Part shown: positions 57,040 through 64,000 of the stretch, in pieces
Position numbering within the stretch: the stretch's first letter is position 1
Layout of the letters: each line of letters begins with the position of its first letter
Origin: Eledone cirrhosa
Lineage: Eukaryota
Direction: 5' to 3'
Assembly: GCA_964016885.1 (NCBI GenBank)
Contig: OZ024763.1
Coordinates: 11,656,001-11,720,000, forward strand
Length of the DNA stretch: 64,000 nucleotides
The notes under the pieces: model-generated
What the model was told of the DNA's origin: nothing
Databases searched by the model: none
The model's input: the letters and a program-made list of their open reading frames with translations, nothing else
Made by a program: the position numbers and the translations under genes

Positions 57040-57410
57040 CTACTTGTTTGTCTACATGTCTCTCTGTCTGTCTGTCTACATGTCTCTCTCTCTATCTACA
57101 TGTCTCTCTCTCTATCTACATGTCTCTCTCTCTCTATCTACATGTCTCTCTCTCTCTATCTACATGTCTCTCTCTCTATCTACATGTCTCTCTCTATCTA
57201 CATGTCTCTCTCTATCTACATGTCTCTCTCTCTCTATCTACATGTCTGTCTGTCTATCTACATGTCTCTCTCTCTATCTACATGTCTCTCTCTCTATCTA
57301 CATGTCTCTCTCTATCTACATGTCTCTCTCTCTATCTACATGTCTCTCTCGCTCTATCTACATGTCTCTCTCTCTATCTACATGTCTGTCTGTCTGTCTG
57401 TCTGTCTGAC
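57040..57410. repeat. TCTACATG(TC)n minisatellite
   Basis: Seen directly. Confidence 0.9.
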
Positions 57411-59406
57411 CATTTGTTGTCTATTTGTCCGGCTATGTATGTTCCTTGCTATTAGTATGTATGCACTCCCATCTTTCTTCCGCCTCCCTCTCCCATCTTA
57501 CAGTCCATATAATTGATTCACATGCCCCCCTCTCTATCTCCCTTGCTCTGTCAGTACCTCCCTCTCTTTCTCCCCTGCTCTCAGTCAGTACCCCCCCTAC
57601 TCTCAGTCAGTCTCCCTCTCCCTAGCTCTCAGTCAGTCTCCCTCCCCCTAGCTCTCAGTCAGTCTCCCTCCCCCCTGCTCTCAGTCAGTCCCCCCCCCCC
57701 GCTCTCAGTGTGCTCCCCTCTCTATCTCCCCACCTCTCAGCCAGCAATCAACAGACCAGTCACTCATATATTAATACACCATATACACAACCTGCAAATA
57801 GTCACCTATATTGTCTTGCTTACAGAGACAGAGAGAATCTATTATTGAGAGAGGGGTGGAAGGATATAGAGGAATTCTCTCCCTGTCCCCATATCTACTA
57901 CTACCACAGATCTTGTCTCCCTACTCTCTCATTCTTGTATATACCTACATGCTTGTGTGTATATATTCATATGTGTATGTATGTGAATATACATATTTAT
58001 GTGTCTATATGCATATGTCATCATTCATCATCATCATCATCATCATTTTACGTCCTCTTTTTCCTGCTTGCAAGGGTGGGACGGGAACTGATTCTGGCTT
58101 GATTTCTACAGCTGGATGCCCTTCCTAACACCAACCTCCACGACCATTTTGCAGTGGAATGATAGGGACCCCAGTCCCTATCATCTCATTTGTACAGCTG
58201 AGTAAACTGGAGCAATGTGAAATAAAGTGCATTGCTCAAGGAAACAACACATCACCCGGTCTGAGAATTGAACTTACAACCTTTCGATTGCAAGGCCAAT
58301 GCTCTAACCACTAATATACATACATATATATATCATCATCATCATCATCAACGTTTAACGTCCGTGTTCCACGCTTGCATGGGTTTGGACGGGGGTAGTC
58401 CCACTTGAGGCAAGAGTGATTGTCTTGCTCGCATAGGACTGTCTGGCAGGTTTTCTACAGTTGGATGCCCTTCCTAACACCAACCACATTTACAGTGTGG
58501 GTCTGGGAGGTTTTTACCGTGTTGCCTACACGGCCACATTACAGCGTGGACTGTGTGTTTTTTTGTCGTGACACCTACACGATCTCATTTGTTTCGGCCT
58601 GGATGGCGCGGCACCAACATAACTTTACATAGGACGGGGTGGTGTGGATGGGTGGGGGTGGTGGCGGGACGGGGTGTATTTTGTTAGAGATGCCTACTGG
58701 CAAGGCGGGTCTTCTCTGTTACTGAGTACCGCCAAAGGTCTCGGTCCAGTGACATTGTCATATATATTTATATATATATGTGTATAATAAGTAGAAAATA
58801 GTAACCTAAGTAAACATGAAAGAACACCTGAACTCCCAATTGCTGGCCTTGTGCCTAAAGTAGAAACAATTATATTAGGCGCATGGCTTAGTGGTTAGAG
58901 CATTGGCCTTGCAATCGAAAGGTTGTGAGTTCAATTCTCAGACCGGGTGATGTGTTGTTTCCTTGAGCAAGACACTTTATTTCACATTGCTCCAGTAAGG
59001 GCATCCAGCTGTAGAAATCATGCCAGAATCAGTTCCCGTATGAGCAAGACAAGGTCAGCCGACCGGACACTGCCCACAGCAGGACAACCCGTCTAACCCA
59101 TGCTAGCGTGGAAGAACGGACGCAAAACGGTGATGATGATGATGATGATGATGATATATATATATATATATACATGTGTATAATAAGTAGAAAATAGTAA
59201 CCTAAGTAAACATGAGAGAACAGCTGAACTCCCATTGTCATTGCCTCTATCTCTCCGTATGGTGAGCAAATGGGGTCCCATTATATATATATAAGGGGCG
59301 GTGGATTGGCAGTATCGGTAGAGGGTCGGACGCCATGCTTTCCAGCATAGTTACGTCCCTTTACGATCTGAGTTCAAATCCCGCCGAGTTTGACTTTGCC
59401 TTTCAT

Positions 59407-59447
<41 letters not shown>

Positions 59448-59751
59448 AAAGTTTTATTTAAAATTGTTGCGTTACAACAAGTAAATATTTTATAACTGAT
59501 ATAAAGCACTCAACAAGTTTTGGAGTAGATATACGATATTAAACAAATGGAAACTATATTTATAAAACCATATTTATTTGATTATACATATTTCGGGGAT
59601 ACCATATTAAAAATATGGCATGCCTTCTTCAGATAAAATACAATATATAAACAGTTTTATAAATAATTTTGACGTACCATAAATATTGATCAACTTTTAT
59701 GATCAATATTTATGGTACATCAAAATTATTTATAAAACTGTTTATATATTG

Positions 59752-59818
59752 TATTTTATCTGAAGAAGGCATGCCATATTTTTAATATGGTATCCCCGAA
59801 ATATGTATAATCAAATAA
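59752..59818 (+). ncRNA. Hammerhead of the 6494 family, with a mirror copy on the minus strand at about 59574-59640
   Basis: TATTTTAT-CTGAAGA-aGGcATGCCATATT ttt AATATGGTATcCCc-GAAA-TATGTA-TA^-ATCAAATA. Confidence 0.7.
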
Positions 59819-59857
59819 ATATGGTTTTATAAATATAGTTTCCATTTGTTTAATATC

Positions 59858-59907
<50 letters not shown>

Positions 59908-60053
59908 AAATATGTGTATATGTATGCGTGTATATGTGTACATGTATATATATAGGGTGTTCCCCCAAAATGTATATAGACTTTGATTAGAATGCTGTTG
60001 AAGTGTCTATACATTTTTTGGAGACACCCTGTATATGTGTATGTGAACGCGCG

Positions 60054-60100
<47 letters not shown>

Positions 60101-61217
60101 GCATTGGCATGGCTGTGTGGTTAAAAAGTTTGCTTTACTACCATGTTTTTTGGGGGGGTTTCATTCCACTCCGTGGCATCTTGAACAAGTCTCATGGTCA
60201 CTAATGCTGTGTTAGTGGAATTTGGTAGACTAAAACTGTAGAAGTGCTATATATATAAATATACACACATTAAGATTTGTGCTAAGCAGCCAAAGTGTAT
60301 GATAAGGTTATATCTGTGTGTGTATGTATATATATATGTATATACATATATAGACAGAGTGGGTAACTGAGACTGACAACGTATATCTAAATATAATATA
60401 GATATATGTCTGTATGTGTGTATATATATATATGTGTGTTTATTGTTTATTTTTGTCCCTAACTTAGCAATTTGACTATAAGAGATTGATGAAATAAGTA
60501 CTACCAGACTTGAAAAAAATTAAAGCACTATGGTTGATATGATCGACTAAATCCCTTTGATGCAGTGCCCCAGCATGGCCACTGTCTAATGACCGAAATA
60601 AGGGATAGATAGCCAGCTAATAACAAAATACAGGATGTCCCAAAGCATTGTATACATATGTTAATTAGAATGCTGTTGAAGTGTGTATACATTTGTTTGG
60701 GCACCCTGTATATATAAAAAAGAAAGGTTGTTGCATGGTGTGTCAGATAATCTGAAAGATCTGGAAGTCACCCCTGAGGAAGAGTCTAAAGGTCTGACTG
60801 TTTTTAGCAACTGTTGCATCTGTCTTATATAATTACAAGATATGAACACTTATGTAGAGACATGAGGATCAGTTAGTGGGAATATAGACTTACATCTTAC
60901 TGCTGGTTCTTAACTCTTTAGTATTTACATTACTCTATATTTACTATTGTATTTTCATAGTAGAGGCTTTACTTCACATAATACCGAATCTATGAGATTT
61001 TGATATTATTTACTTTGAGAACAATATCTTAACATCAGTATGGATGGCCAGTTTGAACAGAAGGAGGTGAGAGAATTCGGGCTGGATATGTTGGGTTTAA
61101 ATGCTAAAGGGTTTAATGTCACTTGTCAAATATTAACTACCACACCACAAATACACAACTTTATGATGGTGTGTTAATATTAATGGAAGAGACATCTCAC
61201 TGAAGATTGGTATTGAC

Positions 61218-61550
61218 TGGTGACATCTGGAAGAAATAGTCTCAGATCTGGTGTTGTGGTTGTTAATATATGGACAATGTGTGAGACAGCTAGAACAAAT
61301 AGTCTTAGATCTGGTGTTGTGGACAGAGACATAAGGTTAGTGTGTGAGACATCTGGAAGAAATAGTCTCACATCTGGTGTTGTGGTAGTTAATATATGGA
61401 CAGACATATGGTCAATGTGTGAGACATCTGGAAGAAATAGTCTCACATCTGGTGTTGTGGTAGTTAATATATGGACAGACATATGGTCAATGTGTGAGAC
61501 ATCTGGAAGAAATAGTCTCACATCTGGTGTTGTGGTAGTTAATATAATGA
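61218..61550. repeat. Approximately 75-bp tandem repeat
   Basis: GAGACATCTGGAAGAAATAGTCTCACATCTGGTGTTGTGG repeated. Confidence 0.85.
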
Positions 61551-61875
61551 CAGATTAACTGGGAGATTACTATTGACAGATCACTGAAGAAATAGCTTCA
61601 AATCTTGTGACTATGTCAACCACTACATGGACAAATTAACTAGGAATTAATCCATCAACTTCACTATCATAATGAGTGTATTCTATTGTGGTACTACCAC
61701 TTTACAGAGTGTACTGGGTGAATTTTATTGTATCAGCATTAGAGGTTCTCATGTAAAGCCAGACTGAAGAGTCCTCTCTATGATCTCTATTAACCCTTTA
61801 ATATCAACTTACCCCAAACCACTCCTGGTTCTATGAAACAAAACCAGATTTTAAAGGGTTTTATTTAAGCTTTAA

Positions 61876-62079
61876 CCCTTTAGCATTCACTATACTCTAT
61901 ATTTTCTATTGTATTTTCACAGAAAAGCTTTACCTCACATAATATCAAATCTACGAAATTTTGATATTATTTATTTTGAGAACAATACCTTAACGTCAGT
62001 ATGAGCGGCCAGTTATGACCGGTTTGAACAGAAAGTGAGAGAATTCTGGCCGGTTGTGACCGGTTTAAATGCTAAAGGG
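61876..62079. mobile_element. piggyBac-like MITE (other copies about 60910-61115, partial 25440-25557)
   Basis: TTAA|CCCTTTAGCATT...AATGCTAAAGGG|TTAA. Confidence 0.75.
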
Positions 62080-62683
62080 TTAACAAGCTGTCGGCGACAA
62101 TGGAGTAATCTCCCCTTAATACAAAGTGCAGTGTGAAGGGAAGCAATTCATAAAAAAAATTCAGCATGCTAAAGGTTAATTTAATTAACTGTAATTGAAG
62201 GGTCTAGCCTTGTCCCACAACAGTTATGTTAGGAACACACATGGCTATCGAATACTCAGCTACTTATACTATGATTGTTTCTACTTTTTGGCACAAGGCC
62301 AGCAATTACCCCAGTACATTACTGGTTCTTTATTTTATCGACTCCCGTAAGGATGAAAGGCAAAGTTAACCTCGGCGGGATTTGAACTCAGACTGTAAAG
62401 GGCCGTAACTGTATGTTGCAAAACTTGGTGTCCAACCCTCTAATGAATTGTACTATCTGTAATGTCTGAGAATTTTGTTGATGATACATGGATTTGGAAT
62501 ACTCAACCACGTATGCTATAATAGATGAAATGTACCTATAATTAATTCAAATGTTTAGTCTTATTACAGCACACACACCCCCATGCAGATTTAGCTGGTC
62601 TTACATGAGGCTGCATCTCAAATATGTGTGTGTAGTTATGTATATAATGTTTGTATATGAATGTGGATGTAATGTAATGTGTA

Positions 62684-62730
<47 letters not shown>

Positions 62731-63363
62731 TACATACATACATGAAGGAAGGAAGGATTCAGGACCCCGGCAGCTGAGCGCCTGCTGTTTCAACAGCTAG
62801 ATCCGAATGGATCTCAGCCATCGGGGTTCCGAACCCATCATATTATCCACTCTACTACCCCAAGTATTGAGTACTCTGGTGAATAATGGTCTAACTGGTT
62901 TTTTTACTGTATCCATTCCAATATATATATATATATATATATACAAAGAGAGAGGGTGTAGGTAAGTATATATGTGGAACAAGAAAGGTTTTACTTAGTC
63001 CATGATAGTCTGGACACATTCCAGAGTAGCTGAAAATTGTTTGTTTATGCATGTGTGGGAGGAAGGTAAGTGGTAAGGGAGGGAAAGGAAGAGAATTTAT
63101 GAGAGGGTCGAGAGAGAGTAGGGATGAGAATGGAGATGAGGTATGTGGTCAGTTTGATCCTTTTTATACCAAACTCCATAAAACCTCCACTGGTTGTATG
63201 TTGCAAGACTTTAATAAGAACTGTTTGCAATTATCTTCCATCATAATTTTATGTAAGAACCTTTGTTAAGTTATGTTCCAAACACCAGCTTAATAATGAG
63301 AAAGTTAGTTATATTACTAAATCCCTCCAAATTTTTGATTATTTTCAAAATGGTTTAAAAACC

Positions 63364-64000
63364 ATAGACAGTGTCTTTCATTAGAAATATGGCAATGAAA
63401 GGGTTAATGACATAGACAGTGTCTTTCATTAGAAATATGGCAATGAGAGGGTTAATGACATAGACAGTGTCTTTCTTTAGAAATATGGCAATGAAAGGGT
63501 TAATGACATAGACAGTGTCTTTCATTAGAAATATGGCAATGAAAGGGTTAATGACATAGACAGTGTCTTTCATTAGAAATATGGCAATGAAAGGGTTAAT
63601 GACATAGACAGTGTCTTTCATTAGAAATATGGCAATGAAAGGGTTAATGACATAGACAGTGTCTTTCATTAGAAATATGGTAATGAAAAGGTTAATGACA
63701 TAGACAGTGTCTTTCATTAGAAATATGGTAGTGAAAGGGTTAATGACATAGACAGTGTCTTTCATTAGAAATATGGTAGTGAAAGGGTTAAAGACATAGA
63801 CAGTGTCTTTCATTAGAAATATGGTAATGAAAAGGTTAATGACATAGACAGTGTCTTTCATTAGAAATATGGTAGTGAAAGGGTTAATGACTTAGACAGT
63901 GTCTTTCATTAGAAATATGGTAATGAAAAGGTTAATGACATAGACAGTGTCTTTCATTAGAAATATGGTAGTGAAAGGGTTAAAGACATAGACAGTGTCT
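63364..64000. repeat. 48-bp satellite running off the window end
   Basis: GACATAGACAGTGTCTTTCATTAGAAATATGG.A.TGAAAGGGTTAAT, about 13 units. Confidence 0.95.

Overview
AT-rich, microsatellite-dense animal genomic DNA. The SINE/RTE-LINE repertoire and (TA)n density suggest an octopus or other cephalopod (inference). One host gene is recognisable: the first coding exon of an AUTS2/FBRSL1/tay-family gene (34054-34710, +), with a probable promoter near 33.0 kb and an intron that appears to run to the window end. The rest is mostly repeats: RTE-type LINE relics, two tRNA-derived SINE families, Tc1/mariner, hAT and piggyBac-like MITEs, a Helitron-like element and many satellites. The hidden signal is over 20 intact or decayed minimal type-I hammerhead ribozyme (HHR) motifs from at least 8 sequence families, on both strands. 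Most lie in short islands inside (TA)n tracts, many in fold-back palindromes, and two are next to Penelope-type GIY-YIG endonuclease relics. Several palindromes fold back exactly at ribozyme stem II. All structures were paired by eye; no searches or folding programs were run.
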